Source: Deltaproteobacteria bacterium
GTDB lineage: Bacteria > Myxococcota_A > UBA796 > UBA2385
DNA length: 64,000 nt
Direction: 5' to 3'
Assembly: GCA_016792625.1 (NCBI GenBank)
Contig: JAEUKK010000059.1
Location: 32,210 to 96,209 of the forward strand
The position numbers and the translations under genes are program-made. Positions 8,052 through 17,493 of this stretch are shown one piece after another; within the stretch, counting starts at the first letter, position 1, and each line of letters begins with the position of its first letter. Under the pieces are notes generated by a model. That model worked only from the letters and a program-made list of their open reading frames with translations. It searched no databases and was not told the origin of the DNA.

Positions 8052-8848
8052 GCGCCGGGCCACACTGGTGGGGGCGCTTTCACGTGCCGCTGCACGGGGC
8101 CGCGCGGTGGCAGATCGGCCCGCTGCAGCTCATCGTGCGCCGGCAGCCCTGGGCGTGGAGCTTCGCGACCCGCTCCGCCGGGCCCTGGGACGCCGACCAC
8201 CTCGAGGTGGCCAGCCCCTTGGACCCGCAGACCCCCGACCCGCCGGGCAGCGCGATCTCCCGGTTCAGCTTCGGCGAGACCCTCGATCCGCTCGAGCTCG
8301 AGCCCCGGCTGCCCGACCGCACCGTGGTCGCGAGCCCCGCCGCGCAGATGGGCGTCATGCCCGGCGAGGACTGCCGGGCCTTCGTCTCGGTGCCGCTCTG
8401 GGTCTGCCTGCGGGTGGGCACCGACCGAAAACCAGCGATGGAGCTCCCGATCAAGCGACCGCCTGACACTTGGCTCGGCCCCTCACCCATGCAAGGCCAG
8501 CTCTGCTACGGCAGCCGGGCGCCGCTGCAGCTCGAGGTCGACCGGCTGCCGCACCACCCGCACCGGGCGATCATCCCGCTGCGGCTGCGCAACGACGGGA
8601 TCGGGACCTTTCGGCTCGAGCGCATCCGCATGCCCGTGCCCCAGCTCCCCCTGCTGCTCGCCGCCGACGGCCGGCTGTGGACCCCGCCGGTCGCCGTGAA
8701 CATCGAGCGCAGCGGGGCGGTGGCCGTGGAGCTGAGCGCCAGCCCGCCGCCAGAGGCCGGCCCTTGCGCGGCGCTGAGCCCCGCGCGGGAAGAGGGGCGC
8801 GGCCTCGGCCGGGTGATGCACTCGCTCGGGGCGATGTTCGGCCGCTGA
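8048..8848 (+). CDS. Conserved-looking hypothetical protein, translationally coupled to lpxA
   Basis: The ATG at 8048 overlaps the lpxA stop (ATGA). The 266-aa product begins MSAGPHWWGRFHVPLHG. It has no signal peptide or TM segment and no motif I recognise. GC3 is high. Confidence 0.7.
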   Translation: MSAGPHWWGRFHVPLHGAARWQIGPLQLIVRRQPWAWSFATRSAGPWDADHLEVASPLDPQTPDPPGSAISRFSFGETLDPLELEPRLPDRTVVASPAAQMGVMPGEDCRAFVSVPLWVCLRVGTDRKPAMELPIKRPPDTWLGPSPMQGQLCYGSRAPLQLEVDRLPHHPHRAIIPLRLRNDGIGTFRLERIRMPVPQLPLLLAADGRLWTPPVAVNIERSGAVAVELSASPPPEAGPCAALSPAREEGRGLGRVMHSLGAMFGR

Positions 8849-8864
8849 GGCCGGGGGAGGATGG

Positions 8865-9719
8865 ATGGCCAAGCGCCGCGTCGCCGAACAGCAGGCGGAG
8901 CCGTGGATCGACCCCGCCGTCATCGCCCAGCTGCCCGTCGTGGCCGAGGCCGCCTTGGCCCTGGCCGCGGGGCTGCTCACCGGCCACCTCGTCGGGCGCC
9001 TCGCCGAGCGGGCCATTGAGCCGCTGTCGAGCCGCGCCTGGAGCTTCTTGGCCCGCCGCGCGGTGTTCTGGACCTGCGCCGCCGCCGGCATCGCCTATGG
9101 GATGCGCGCCTTCGGGGTCGATCTCGGCGTGCTGGTCGGCGCCGCCGGGGTGGCGACCGTCGCCGTGGGCTTCGCCGCCCAGACCTCGATGTCGAACCTC
9201 ATCAGCGGCCTGTTCTTGATGCTCGAGCGCAGCATCAGCGTGGGCGACGTGATTGAGCTCGGGGGCACCACCGGCGAGATCATCAGCATCGACCTGCTGA
9301 GCGTCAAGCTGCGCACCTTTGAGAACCTTATGGTGCGGATCCCCAACGAGGCGCTGGTCAAGGGCCAGATCGTCAACCTGTCTCGCTTCCCGATCCGCCG
9401 GGTCGACTTTGCGCTGCGATTCTCGGCCGAGCAGCCCCTCGGTCCGGTGGAGGCGGCGCTGCTCTCGGTCGCCGAAGAGGAGCCGCTGGTGCTGCAGGAG
9501 CCCGCGCCCCAAGTGATGCTCCGCGGCTTCTCCGAGGGCACCGTGGACGTGCAGCTCTCCTGCTGGGTGACCCGCGAGGCCTACATCGCGGTCCGCACGC
9601 GGATGACCCTGCTGGTGCTTGAGGCCCTGCAGCGGCACGGCCTGCAGCTCGCCGCGCCGCGGCGCGAGCTGGTCACGATGAGCCGCGAGCCCGCCCCGGG
9701 GCTGCCGACCGGCAGCTGA
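8865..9719 (+). CDS. Small-conductance mechanosensitive channel (MscS family)
   Basis: 284 aa with N-terminal TM helices, then the MscS pore/beta-domain signature GFAAQTSMSNLISGLFLMLERSISVGDVIELGGTTGEIISIDLLSVKLRTFEN. Confidence 0.85.
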   Translation: MAKRRVAEQQAEPWIDPAVIAQLPVVAEAALALAAGLLTGHLVGRLAERAIEPLSSRAWSFLARRAVFWTCAAAGIAYGMRAFGVDLGVLVGAAGVATVAVGFAAQTSMSNLISGLFLMLERSISVGDVIELGGTTGEIISIDLLSVKLRTFENLMVRIPNEALVKGQIVNLSRFPIRRVDFALRFSAEQPLGPVEAALLSVAEEEPLVLQEPAPQVMLRGFSEGTVDVQLSCWVTREAYIAVRTRMTLLVLEALQRHGLQLAAPRRELVTMSREPAPGLPTGS

Positions 9720-9747
9720 GGGCCGCAGCGCCCGGCGGCGAGGAGGG

Positions 9748-9784
9748 CAAAAACACGACGCCCCCGCCATCATCGGCAGGGGCG
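9748..9784 (-). terminator. Intrinsic-terminator-like hairpin for the minus-strand gene 9813-12422
   Basis: A 10-bp stem with one mismatch (CGCCCCCGCC 9759-9768 pairing with GGCAGGGGCG 9775-9784) and a 6-nt loop. On the minus strand it is followed by UCGUGUUUUUG (complement of 9748-9758). It sits in a convergent gap, so it may also serve mscS. Confidence 0.55.
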
Positions 9785-9812
9785 CAGGGTCTCGCGCAAA
9801 CGAGCGCGCGGG

Positions 9813-12422
9813 TCAGCTGCGCCGACGGCGCAGGCCCACCAGGGCCAAGAGGCCGCCGAAGAGGGCCGCGAAGCGACCAGCGCCCGCCGCCGGGGTCGGC
9901 GCGGCGCTGCAGCCCTCGGGGGTCTTCTGCTCACCTTCGCCCTCGAGGCCCAAGCTGTCGCAGCCCTCGTCGATGACACCGTCGCAGTTGTTGTCGATGC
10001 CGTCGCAGACCTCGGCGAACTCGGCGCTGGACCAGCCGTTCTCGTCGTCGCAGTCACCATCGGCCACGGTCAGCCCGTCGCCGTCCTGGTCGTTGGGGTC
10101 GGTGCCCGACTCGTCGACGAGGCCGTCGCAGTCATCGTCGACGCCGTTGGTGGTGTCCTCGACCGCGCCGGGGTTGATCTCGCGGTCGCCGTCGTCGCAG
10201 TCGCCGCCCGCCTCGGAGAAGCCATCGAGGTCGTCGTCGAAGTTCTCGCCACCCTCGTCGACCAAGCCGTCGCAGTCGTCGTCGACGCCGTTGGACGGAT
10301 CCTCCTCGCGGCCGCTGACCCGGTCGGGGTTGCTGTCGTCGCAGTCGCCGTCATCCTCAGACAGGCCGTCGCCATCGTCGTCAGTGGAGGTGCCGCCCTC
10401 GTCGATGAGGCCGTCGCAGTCGTTGTCCTCGAGGTCGGGGAGCTCAGGCGCGCCGGGGTAGGTGTCCTCGTCGCCGTCATCGCAATCGCCGGCCCACTCG
10501 GCGTAGCCATCGCCGTCTTCGTCGACCACGCCAGCGTCGACCACGCCGTCGCAGTCGTCATCGACGCCGTTGCCCATGATCTCGCCCGCGTCGGGGCTGA
10601 CCGTGTTGTCGGCGTCGTTACAGTCGCCCTCGATCTCGGAGCGGCCGTCACCATCGTCGTCGTAGGCGCCCGTGCCCTCGTCGACGATGCCGTCGCAGTC
10701 CTGGTCGACGCCGTCGCCGACCTCGGCCATGCCCGGCCCGACCCCCGCGTCGGCGTCGTTGCAGTCGCCGCCCGCCTCGCTCACGCCGTCGCCGTCGTCG
10801 TCAGACCAGATCGTGCCCTCATCCACCGCGCCGTCGCAGTCTTCATCGACGCCGTCGGCGTCTTCGCTGCTGGCCGGGTTGACCGTGGCGTCGGCGTCGT
10901 TGCAGTCGGTGCCGCCGGGCACGACGTCGGCCGGGTAGCCGTCGCCGTCGAGGTCGTTCCAGTCGCCGTCGGCGCAGTCCTGATCGATGCCGTCGTAGGC
11001 GATCTCGACGCCCAGAGGGTTGACGCTGGGGTCGTTGTCGTTGCAGTCGTTGCCCGGCAGGCCGCCGGTGCCCGGGACGCCCAGCGTCGGGCGGCCGACG
11101 TAGGGGGTGGGCACGTAGAGGTCGCGGTCGGCGTCAAAGTCGTCGTCGAGCGCACAGTCGGCGTCGATGCCGTCGTACCAAGTCTCGGGCGCGCCCGGGT
11201 AGACGCTCGCGTCGTAGTCGTCGCAGTCGTCACCGTCCTCGCCGCCGGGGTGGCCGTCGCCATCCTGGTCGAGCAGGTCGAGCCCGTCGCAGTTCTGGTC
11301 GATGCCGTCGTAGGGCACCTCAAAGGCACCGGGGTTGATGCGGCGGTTGGTGTCGTCGCAGTCGGTGCCGCCGCAGACCAGCGCGTCGTAGCCGTCGTTG
11401 TCGACGTCACACTCGTCGCTGCCGTCGCAGTCTTGGTCGATGCCGTCATAGGGGGTGTCGGTGGCGCCCGGGTAGATGGCCGGGTTGGTGTCATCGCAGT
11501 CGGTGCCGCCGCACGCGGTGGCGTCGAAGCCGTCCTCGTCTTCGTCGCAGCTGCCGCAGTAGGTGTCGCCGCTGGTCTGCCAGGTGGTGCGGGCGGCCGA
11601 GCCCGAGGCGCCGACCACGGTGACCCAGTCGGTCGTGATGGTCGCGCCCGCGGCGATGGTGCTCGGGTTGGTCCACCGGATGCCGAGGCCGATGTCGTTG
11701 CTCGCGCCGGAGTAGTCGACCAGCGTCATGTCGGCGTCGATCGTCGGCCAGGACGCGAAGCTGCCCAACGAAGAGTTCAGCGGATCACAGGCGCCGAAGC
11801 CGACCGTGATGCCCGAGCTGCCACCCACGCTCTCGGCCCAGTCGGTGCGGCCGTCGCTGTCGGTGTCGAGCGCGTCGTTAAAGGTGCTGTAGTTGCCGTA
11901 GAAGCTGGCGTCCTGGTCGGGGTCGAGGCCCTGGAACAGGCGGAAGGAGGTCACCGGGCTCGTGCCGCTGTTGGTGATGCTGAACGAGGTCGACATCACG
12001 CCCGAGGCGATGGCCCAGCGCTCGGTGCGGGTGACCTGCACGTTGCCGCCGCGCCAAGTGTAGACCGACACCTTCTCAGACGAGGTCGAGCTGTCGCTCT
12101 GGCTGACCAGGGTCACGTTCGAGGTCAGCGACGAGCTGCCCTGGGTGTAGTAGTGGCTGGCGGTGCCCCCGACCGAGTACTCAAAAGCGACCGCATGGTA
12201 CGGCGTGCCTGGGTAGGTGAAGTCGTTCCACCGGCCGCTGTAGAAGGCCTGGAAGCCGCGCGAGAAGGACGGGTCGTTCCAGTTGCCGTTGGTGCCGTAG
12301 TACACCTGGATCAGCGTGCCGGAGACCAACATCGACGCGGCGTCGGCCAACATCGGCGCAGAGAGCGCGAGGCCCAGCAGGCCGATGCCACCAAACATGC
12401 TCTTCGAGAAACGGGGGGCCAT
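9813..12422 (-). CDS. Large secreted/surface protein: N-terminal beta-rich domain, about eleven Cys/Asp-rich 'putative metal-binding' repeats, MYXO-CTERM-like tail
   Basis: The track ORF extends to 12545. The ATG at 12420-12422 is preceded by GGAGG and gives [28 protein letters not shown] (signal peptide). The repeat unit is DC(D/N)D-x-(D/N)-x3-PG-x-E-x2-DG-x-D-x-DCDG-x-DE. The C-terminus is [34 protein letters not shown] (Cys, hydrophobic helix, Arg cluster). Confidence 0.8.
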   Translation of the reverse strand: MAPRFSKSMFGGIGLLGLALSAPMLADAASMLVSGTLIQVYYGTNGNWNDPSFSRGFQAFYSGRWNDFTYPGTPYHAVAFEYSVGGTASHYYTQGSSSLTSNVTLVSQSDSSTSSEKVSVYTWRGGNVQVTRTERWAIASGVMSTSFSITNSGTSPVTSFRLFQGLDPDQDASFYGNYSTFNDALDTDSDGRTDWAESVGGSSGITVGFGACDPLNSSLGSFASWPTIDADMTLVDYSGASNDIGLGIRWTNPSTIAAGATITTDWVTVVGASGSAARTTWQTSGDTYCGSCDEDEDGFDATACGGTDCDDTNPAIYPGATDTPYDGIDQDCDGSDECDVDNDGYDALVCGGTDCDDTNRRINPGAFEVPYDGIDQNCDGLDLLDQDGDGHPGGEDGDDCDDYDASVYPGAPETWYDGIDADCALDDDFDADRDLYVPTPYVGRPTLGVPGTGGLPGNDCNDNDPSVNPLGVEIAYDGIDQDCADGDWNDLDGDGYPADVVPGGTDCNDADATVNPASSEDADGVDEDCDGAVDEGTIWSDDDGDGVSEAGGDCNDADAGVGPGMAEVGDGVDQDCDGIVDEGTGAYDDDGDGRSEIEGDCNDADNTVSPDAGEIMGNGVDDDCDGVVDAGVVDEDGDGYAEWAGDCDDGDEDTYPGAPELPDLEDNDCDGLIDEGGTSTDDDGDGLSEDDGDCDDSNPDRVSGREEDPSNGVDDDCDGLVDEGGENFDDDLDGFSEAGGDCDDGDREINPGAVEDTTNGVDDDCDGLVDESGTDPNDQDGDGLTVADGDCDDENGWSSAEFAEVCDGIDNNCDGVIDEGCDSLGLEGEGEQKTPEGCSAAPTPAAGAGRFAALFGGLLALVGLRRRRS

Positions 12423-12632
12423 CTCAACCTCCGGGGGGACGCGCGGGCCGGCGCCGACCCTGACGCGTTCATTGGTACACAACGGCGGCCCGCCGCCGCA
12501 AGACCTCAGATGACAACTTCCAGACATCGTCGAGAACAACGTCACTGACGCTCAGAATTCGCGCATTGGCGCATCCCCGCGGCGCTGCGCCACCCGGGGC
12601 GGCGGCGCGGCCCGGCGCGATAGGTCGCCAGG

Positions 12633-13832
12633 ATGCCCGACCCGCTGCACGATCCCCCCGACCCCTCGCTGCTCCACGCGCCCACGGCCGCCGAGGCCGG
12701 GGTGCTCCGTCCCACCCGCGTCGAGGTGAACCTCGACCAGCTCGCCGCGAACCTCCGGGCGATTCGGGCCCACGTCGGCGGCCGCCCGCTCATGCCGGTG
12801 CTCAAGGCCAACGCCTATGGCCACGGCCTCGTGCCCGTCGCCCGGCGGATGGAGGCCGAGGGCGCCGACATCCTCGCGGTCGCCTACCTCGAAGAGGGCA
12901 TCCTCCTGCGCCGGGCGGGGATCCGCTGCCCCATTTTGGTGCTCGGCGGCGTGGTCGGCGAGCAGATCCCCCTGTTCCTCCAGCATGATCTGCGCATCAC
13001 CGCCTCGTCGGTGGCCAAGCTCGACGCGGTCCAGGCCTGCGCCGCGGCGGCCGGCGCGACCGCCACGGTGCACCTCAAGGTCGACACGGGGATGGAGCGG
13101 GTCGGCGTGCACTGGTACAGCGCCGCCCCCCTGCTCGAGGCCAGCCTGCGGTGCCCGAACGTGCACGTCGAGGGCATTTACAGCCACCTCGCCAACAGCG
13201 ACCTGCCCGAGGACGCCCCCACCCGGCTGCAGATCGAGCGCTTCGCTGAGGTCCTGCGCTTCTATGAGCAGCGCAGCCTTCCGGCGCCGCTGCGCCACCT
13301 CGCCAACAGCGGCGGCGTGCTCCAGCACCCCGACACCTGGCTCGACATGGTGCGCCCCGGCATCCTCCTCTACGGCGTGTTGCCCGCGCCGGGCCTGCCC
13401 TGCCCGATCCCCGTCGGCCCCGCCCTGCGGTGGACCAGCCGCGTCGTCTACTTCAAGGTCGTGCCGGCCGGCGCGCCGGTCAGCTACGGCTCGACCTGGG
13501 CGCCCGCCGTCGACACCCGCGTCATCACCGTGCCGGTCGGCTATGGCGACGGCTACTTCCGCGCGATGTCGGGCAAAGCCGAGGTGCTGGTCGGCGGGCG
13601 CCGCTGCCCCGTGGTCGGCCGCATCTGCATGGACCAGCTCATGGTCGAAATCGGCCAGGGCAGCGCCTACAACGGCGACGAGGTCATTCTGCTCGGCGGA
13701 GAGGGGGCCGCGGCCATCACCGCCGACGCGCTGGCCGGCTGGGCGGGGACCATCGCCTACGAGGTGCTGACCAACATCAACACCCGCGTCCCGCGCCGCT
13801 ACTTGCCCGCCGCGCCCGCCGCCGGCGCGTAG
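12633..13832 (+). CDS. alr: Alanine racemase
   Basis: 399 aa. The PLP-lysine motif VLKANAYGHG is present, and the sequence is collinear with Alr (TRVEVNLDQLAANLRAIR ... GYGDGY ... ICMDQLMV). Confidence 0.9.
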   Translation: MPDPLHDPPDPSLLHAPTAAEAGVLRPTRVEVNLDQLAANLRAIRAHVGGRPLMPVLKANAYGHGLVPVARRMEAEGADILAVAYLEEGILLRRAGIRCPILVLGGVVGEQIPLFLQHDLRITASSVAKLDAVQACAAAAGATATVHLKVDTGMERVGVHWYSAAPLLEASLRCPNVHVEGIYSHLANSDLPEDAPTRLQIERFAEVLRFYEQRSLPAPLRHLANSGGVLQHPDTWLDMVRPGILLYGVLPAPGLPCPIPVGPALRWTSRVVYFKVVPAGAPVSYGSTWAPAVDTRVITVPVGYGDGYFRAMSGKAEVLVGGRRCPVVGRICMDQLMVEIGQGSAYNGDEVILLGGEGAAAITADALAGWAGTIAYEVLTNINTRVPRRYLPAAPAAGA

Positions 13833-14341
13833 CGGAAGTCGCAGCGCAGCGGCACCGCAAAGAAGGAGCTCTGGATCTCCTTGCGGACGAGGAGCTGACC
13901 GCCCTCGACCCGAATGCGGGTCTCCTGCGTGGCCTGCTCCCCCTCGAAGCGGAGCACCAGCGCGTCGGCGCCGCGGGTGGCCCGGGCCTGCAGCGGCGTG
14001 CCGTCATCGGCGGTGACCGGCACCGACCCGCCGTTGAGCGGCACGGTCAAGGTCTCGGCATCACAGCGCACGATGACCTGCTGATCGCTGATCTCAAGGC
14101 CATAGCGACCACAGGTGTCGGGCTTTCCGGCCATGCGGCTGCGGGCCAGCGGCCGCAGCGGGGCCAGGATGGTCGCCACCGTGGCCTCGAGCGCCTGCGC
14201 CTTGCGCGCGTCGACCGTGGCGGTCGGCTCGGCGAGCACCCAAAAGGAGGCCCCGGCGGGCGGCGGTGCAGCGAAGGCGGGCGCGCTGAGGCCGAGCGAA
14301 AGCAGGGGGAGGAGGGCGGCGCGCGGAGGGGGCCAGCGCAT
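13799..14341 (-). CDS. Small secreted hypothetical protein
   Basis: This is the C-terminal part of track ORF 13799-15076. The ATG at 14339-14341 gives MRWPPPRAALLPLLSLGLSAPAFAAP (signal peptide). The mature part has a balanced composition (K, E, I, Q, F). The 3' end overlaps alr by 34 nt (convergent). Confidence 0.6.
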   Translation of the reverse strand: MRWPPPRAALLPLLSLGLSAPAFAAPPPAGASFWVLAEPTATVDARKAQALEATVATILAPLRPLARSRMAGKPDTCGRYGLEISDQQVIVRCDAETLTVPLNGGSVPVTADDGTPLQARATRGADALVLRFEGEQATQETRIRVEGGQLLVRKEIQSSFFAVPLRCDFRYAPAAGAAGK

Positions 14342-14410
14342 GGGGGCTCCGATGGGGCGCGACGGCGCCGCCGAGCGTGGGGATACCAGAGGCGGGACCG
14401 GGAGGGGAGC

Positions 14411-16510
14411 ATGGCGCAGGATCGGAGGGGGCGGTGGATCGAGGCCCTCTGCCTCGCCGGCGCCGTGGCGCTGGCCCCGCCGCTGCGCTTCCCCGGCGCG
14501 CTGCCCGGGCCCGAGGTGGTGAGCGCAGACGACCACCTCACCGTCCACCACGTCTTTCAGGAAGAGGCGGGCGGCCGGGTGCGCCACCCCGCCCTCTCCG
14601 ATCCGGCCACCCAGCTCGGCCCGCTGCGGGCCGCCGCCGCCGCCGCCCTGCGCCGCGGCGAGGCCCCCCTGTGGAGCCGCGCGCTCTACGGCGGCGCGCC
14701 CCTGCTCGCCGACGCCCAGAGCGCCCCGCTCTCCGTGGGCACCCTGCTGCACGCGGCGCTGCAGGCCGATCTGGCCCAAGACCTCACGGTCAGCTGGATC
14801 TTGGTGTGGACCGGGCTCGGCCTCGGCCTGTGGGCCCGCGGCCTGCTGCGCCAAGCTGGCGCGCCAGCGGGCGCCCTGCGGGGCCTCGTCGCCGGCGGGG
14901 CGGGCGCGGCCGGCGCGCTCGCGCCCTTCACCCAGGTCTGGCTGCTGCACCCGCACGCCGCCGCTGCCGCCTGGATGCCCTGGCAGTGGCTCGCCCTGCA
15001 GCGCGGCTCCCCGGCGGGCCTCGCGCTGGCCACGCTGGGCCTCGCCGCCGGGGGTCACCCCGGCACGCTGGTGCACGGGCTGCTGATCAGCCTCGGGCTG
15101 CTCATTTTCGGGGCCGGCCCGCGCCGCACACGGGCCCGCCTAAGCGCGCTGAGTGGGCTGGCCTGCGGCCTGCTGCTGGCCGGCCCGCTGCTGCTGCCGG
15201 TGGTGGAGCAGGCGGCCCGCTCGACCACCCTCGCCGCGCGGGTGGGCCAGCGGCTGGCCCCCGCCCAGCTGCTCGATCTGGTCTGGCCCGGCTGGTGGGG
15301 GCACCCCGCCGCCGAAGACGCCGCGCCTGGGCTCACCTGGGCCGACGGCCAGCTCCACCCGGGCCTGCTCGTGCTCCCGCTCGCCGCGGTGGGCCTCGTG
15401 CACGCGCCGCGCGCCCGGCCGATCGGCCTGCTGTGGGCCCTCTGCCTCGTTGCCAGCCTGACCAGCCTGCCCGGGCCTTTCGCGCACGGGCGCCTCGGCA
15501 GCCTCGCCGCCGCCCTGCTCATCGGGCCGGCCGCCCTCGGCCTGTGGGGGCTCGTGCAGGGCCGCGCCCGGGCGGTCGGCCTCGCGACCGCGACGGCCCT
15601 CGCGCACATCCTGCTCGGGATCACCGTCCGGCACGCGGATCAGGGCAGCTTGCCCGCCGAGGCGCACGCCCCCGCGCCTGCGCCCTGGGCCACCGCCCTG
15701 GCCGCGGAGCTCGACCGGCGGGGGGCCCGGGTGCTCGGCCTGGGCTGGACCGCGCAGCCCAACACCGGCGCGCTGGCCGGGCTGCGCGACCTGCGCGGCT
15801 ACGACCTGCCGGTCTCGGTCTCGACCCACCGGCTGATGGCCGCGCTGAGCGCGCCGCCCAAGGCGCCCTGGTACCCCGTCGAGGCGCCTCCGCCGCGGGC
15901 GCTGCTCCAGGCGCTGGGGGTCGGCGCCCTGCTCCTGCCGCCAGCGCCTCCTGAGGGGCCCGATCCTTGGGCGGACGCGGCCGAGGGCCTGCGCCCGCTG
16001 CCCTCACCACCCGCGCCGCTGCGGGCGCTGGTGCTCGAAGACAGCGCGCCAGAGGCCTTCCTCGCCAGCGGCCTCACCCGGGTCAGCGGCCCCGAGGCCG
16101 GGCTGCGGGCGCTGCGCGCCGCCGGCGCTTGGTCCGCCCCGCCGGTGGAGCTTCCCCTCCCCTTGCCCGAAGGCCCCGCGCCGACCGCGCCCGTGGCGCT
16201 GCGGTGGACGGGCGAGTCCCTGGTCGAGCTCCGCTTCGAACCCGCCGAGAACGACCGCCTGCTCGTCGTGCTCGAGGCCTGGTCGCCTGGCTGGCGGGCC
16301 ACCGTCGACGGCGCCCCGGCGCCGACCCTGCGGGCGGGCGGCTTCGCGCTGGCCACGCTGGTCCCCGCCGGCGCGCGCTCCGCCATGCTGCGCTACCGCC
16401 CCGACGGGTGGATCTGGGGCCAGCGCCTCGCCCTGATCGGCGCGCTGGGGCTGATCCTGCTGCTGGTTTGGGGGCCCAACCGCCGCGCATCAGGCCAGGC
16501 CCCCAGCTGA
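14411..16510 (+). CDS. Large polytopic membrane protein with C-terminal extracytoplasmic domain (YfhO/GT-C-like architecture, function unknown)
   Basis: Track ORF 13430-16510 is a read-through of an alr alternative frame. The real start is the ATG at 14411, right after GGAGGGGAGC. It has more than 10 hydrophobic helices, then a ~250-aa soluble region and a final TM (LALIGALGLILLLVW). Confidence 0.7.
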   Translation: MAQDRRGRWIEALCLAGAVALAPPLRFPGALPGPEVVSADDHLTVHHVFQEEAGGRVRHPALSDPATQLGPLRAAAAAALRRGEAPLWSRALYGGAPLLADAQSAPLSVGTLLHAALQADLAQDLTVSWILVWTGLGLGLWARGLLRQAGAPAGALRGLVAGGAGAAGALAPFTQVWLLHPHAAAAAWMPWQWLALQRGSPAGLALATLGLAAGGHPGTLVHGLLISLGLLIFGAGPRRTRARLSALSGLACGLLLAGPLLLPVVEQAARSTTLAARVGQRLAPAQLLDLVWPGWWGHPAAEDAAPGLTWADGQLHPGLLVLPLAAVGLVHAPRARPIGLLWALCLVASLTSLPGPFAHGRLGSLAAALLIGPAALGLWGLVQGRARAVGLATATALAHILLGITVRHADQGSLPAEAHAPAPAPWATALAAELDRRGARVLGLGWTAQPNTGALAGLRDLRGYDLPVSVSTHRLMAALSAPPKAPWYPVEAPPPRALLQALGVGALLLPPAPPEGPDPWADAAEGLRPLPSPPAPLRALVLEDSAPEAFLASGLTRVSGPEAGLRALRAAGAWSAPPVELPLPLPEGPAPTAPVALRWTGESLVELRFEPAENDRLLVVLEAWSPGWRATVDGAPAPTLRAGGFALATLVPAGARSAMLRYRPDGWIWGQRLALIGALGLILLLVWGPNRRASGQAPS

Positions 16511-16517
16511 GCCGCGC

Positions 16518-17441
16518 TCAGGGCAGGGTGGGCGTGCGCGGCAGCGCGGGCAAGGCCTGGGCAGCGGCCGCCCGCAGGCGGGCCCGCTCGGCCTCACGGG
16601 CCGCGGTGTTGGTGGCCTCGGCGGCCCGGGCCGCCTGCCACAGACCCCGACCCCAGACCACCACCATGCCGGTGCCGAGCGCGCCGCTGACCCCGAGCGC
16701 CGCCGGGGACTCGGCCTGGGTGCCCCACCAGCCCGCCACCCCTGTGCCCGCCGCGAGTGCGGCCCAGGTCGCCAGCGTGCGGCCGCTGCGCGGGTCTTTC
16801 GCGTAGGCTTGGCCCAAGGCAGGGACCACCGAGAGCCCGGCCGCGAGGCCCGGGGACTTCAAGTGCAGGGGGCGCGCGGCGTCGGCGACGAGGCGCTCGG
16901 CGGCGGCCCGCGAGGGGTGGGCCGCGGGCAGGCTGGCCAGGGCGGCGCGGGCCTCGGCGGGTCGACCGGCCTCGACCCAGAGGCTGCCCCGCAGCAAGGT
17001 GGCGGTGGCGGCGAGCTCGGCGTCGGCGGTGGCCGCGGCGAGCGCGCGCAGCGCCTCATCCCCGCGCCCTTCGGCGCCCGCGGCGAAGGCCGACACCCCC
17101 GCCCGCAGCTGGGCCGCCTCGCCGAGCGGGCCGCTGACCTTGCTGTAGGTCGCGACCGCCAGGGTCGGGGCGCCCCGCAGCTCGTGGGCCATGCCTTGGC
17201 GCAGCAGCACCAGATCCAGGTCGACGCCGCCGGTGCGCGGGGCGAGCAGCTCGGCGAGGCGAAACCACTCCAGCGCGCCGTCTGGGTCTTTGTTCCGGAG
17301 CAGGTGCTCCCCATACTCGAGCGCCTCGGCGGCGGTCAGCGCCGCCTCGGGCCCACCAGCCAGCGCCCCGCCGAGGGGGGCGAGCGCCAAAGCGACGACC
17401 AACACGATACTTTGAGCGATTCGACCGACCGGCGCAGGCAT
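16518..17441 (-). CDS. Ala-rich TPR-like helical repeat protein with signal peptide and C-terminal TM segments
   Basis: 307 aa. The N-terminal signal is IVLVVALALAPLGGALA. Helical repeat region is EALEYGEHLLRNKDPDGALEWFRLAELL. The C-terminal hydrophobic stretch is AALAAGTGVAGWWG...GALGTGMVVVWG. Confidence 0.6.
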   Translation of the reverse strand: MPAPVGRIAQSIVLVVALALAPLGGALAGGPEAALTAAEALEYGEHLLRNKDPDGALEWFRLAELLAPRTGGVDLDLVLLRQGMAHELRGAPTLAVATYSKVSGPLGEAAQLRAGVSAFAAGAEGRGDEALRALAAATADAELAATATLLRGSLWVEAGRPAEARAALASLPAAHPSRAAAERLVADAARPLHLKSPGLAAGLSVVPALGQAYAKDPRSGRTLATWAALAAGTGVAGWWGTQAESPAALGVSGALGTGMVVVWGRGLWQAARAAEATNTAAREAERARLRAAAAQALPALPRTPTLP

Positions 17442-17493
17442 GAGCGTCCCCCGGGGCGCGGCGCGCCGCGGCCGGCGGCGCTACCAGCGGCCC

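Noticed and set aside
8048-8848. Possibility that the ORF after lpxA is LpxI (DUF1009)
   Set aside because: By-eye comparison with remembered LpxI sequences shows no shared blocks. It is reported as unknown instead.
13430-16510. 1026-aa ORF suggesting a giant protein overlapping alr
   Set aside because: The first 327 codons are an alternative frame of alr with Arg/Gly-rich nonsense composition. A GGAGG-preceded ATG at 14411 starts a sensible polytopic membrane protein.
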